Assembly: GCA_023428905.1 (NCBI GenBank)
Contig: JAEYWP010000016.1
Location: 232,454-296,453, forward strand
Length of the DNA: 64,000 nucleotides
From: Verrucomicrobiota bacterium
Lineage (GTDB): Bacteria; Verrucomicrobiota; Verrucomicrobiia; Opitutales; Opitutaceae
Reading direction: 5' to 3'
A program made the translations under genes and the position numbers. Every line of letters starts with the position of its first letter. The first letter of the stretch is position 1. Shown here in pieces: positions 63,958 through 64,000 of this stretch. The notes below the pieces were generated by a model that was not told the origin of the DNA, did no database searches, and saw only the letters and a list, made by a program, of their open reading frames with translations.

Positions 63958-64000
63958 CTTGTAGCTGATGTCGCCGGTGCGCGCATACGTGTGATCGTGG

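Overview
This is a high-GC (about 65-70%) bacterial chromosomal segment that is gene-dense and mostly housekeeping. The combination of a type-III glutamine synthetase, a fused CcsB/CcsA system-II cytochrome c biogenesis pair and a DksA-like gene between ileS and lspA suggests a Verrucomicrobia/PVC-like or Bacteroidota-like lineage; that is an inference only.

Confident genes, in order: trpS, plsC, cmk, aroA, tRNA-Val(GAC), recN, ccsA/ccsB with a coupled lipoprotein, rlmN, glnN (GSIII), an MCP, three consecutive sensor kinases plus a divergent OmpR-type regulator, a Wzy-like/TPR membrane protein, a FecR-domain protein with a CHASE2 adenylate cyclase, ilvB-like, ymdB, accA, nfeD with flotillin, ald, ppiB, a GAF-PP2C phosphatase, trpB, yicC, lspA, a DksA-like protein with a long Lys/Pro/Ala tail, ileS, hemY-hemE-hemF, znuABC, dacC, prfC, rlmI, an orphan circularly-permuted ATP-grasp-like protein, a TPP-riboswitch-controlled thiC-thiS-thiE-thiG-thiH-thiF operon, and rph.

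Many ORF-track entries are alternative-frame or antisense shadow ORFs typical of high-GC DNA, or carry spurious N-terminal extensions, and were not called. No CRISPR array, IS element, integrase or prophage was seen.

The observations most worth a second look are:
- an orphan circularly permuted ATP-grasp (amidoligase-like) gene;
- a duplicated-domain, His-linker lipoprotein translationally coupled to ccsBA;
- a conserved bipartite AATGACGAA direct repeat with 21-bp spacing upstream of both rlmN and rph;
- a perfect 28/28 palindrome between hemY and ileS;
- a low-GC divergent intergenic island carrying a 55-aa single-TM ORF;
- a DksA/TraR variant with a histone-H1-like tail and a lost zinc finger;
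- a multi-kinase phosphorelay cluster whose third member has a degenerate ATPase domain.
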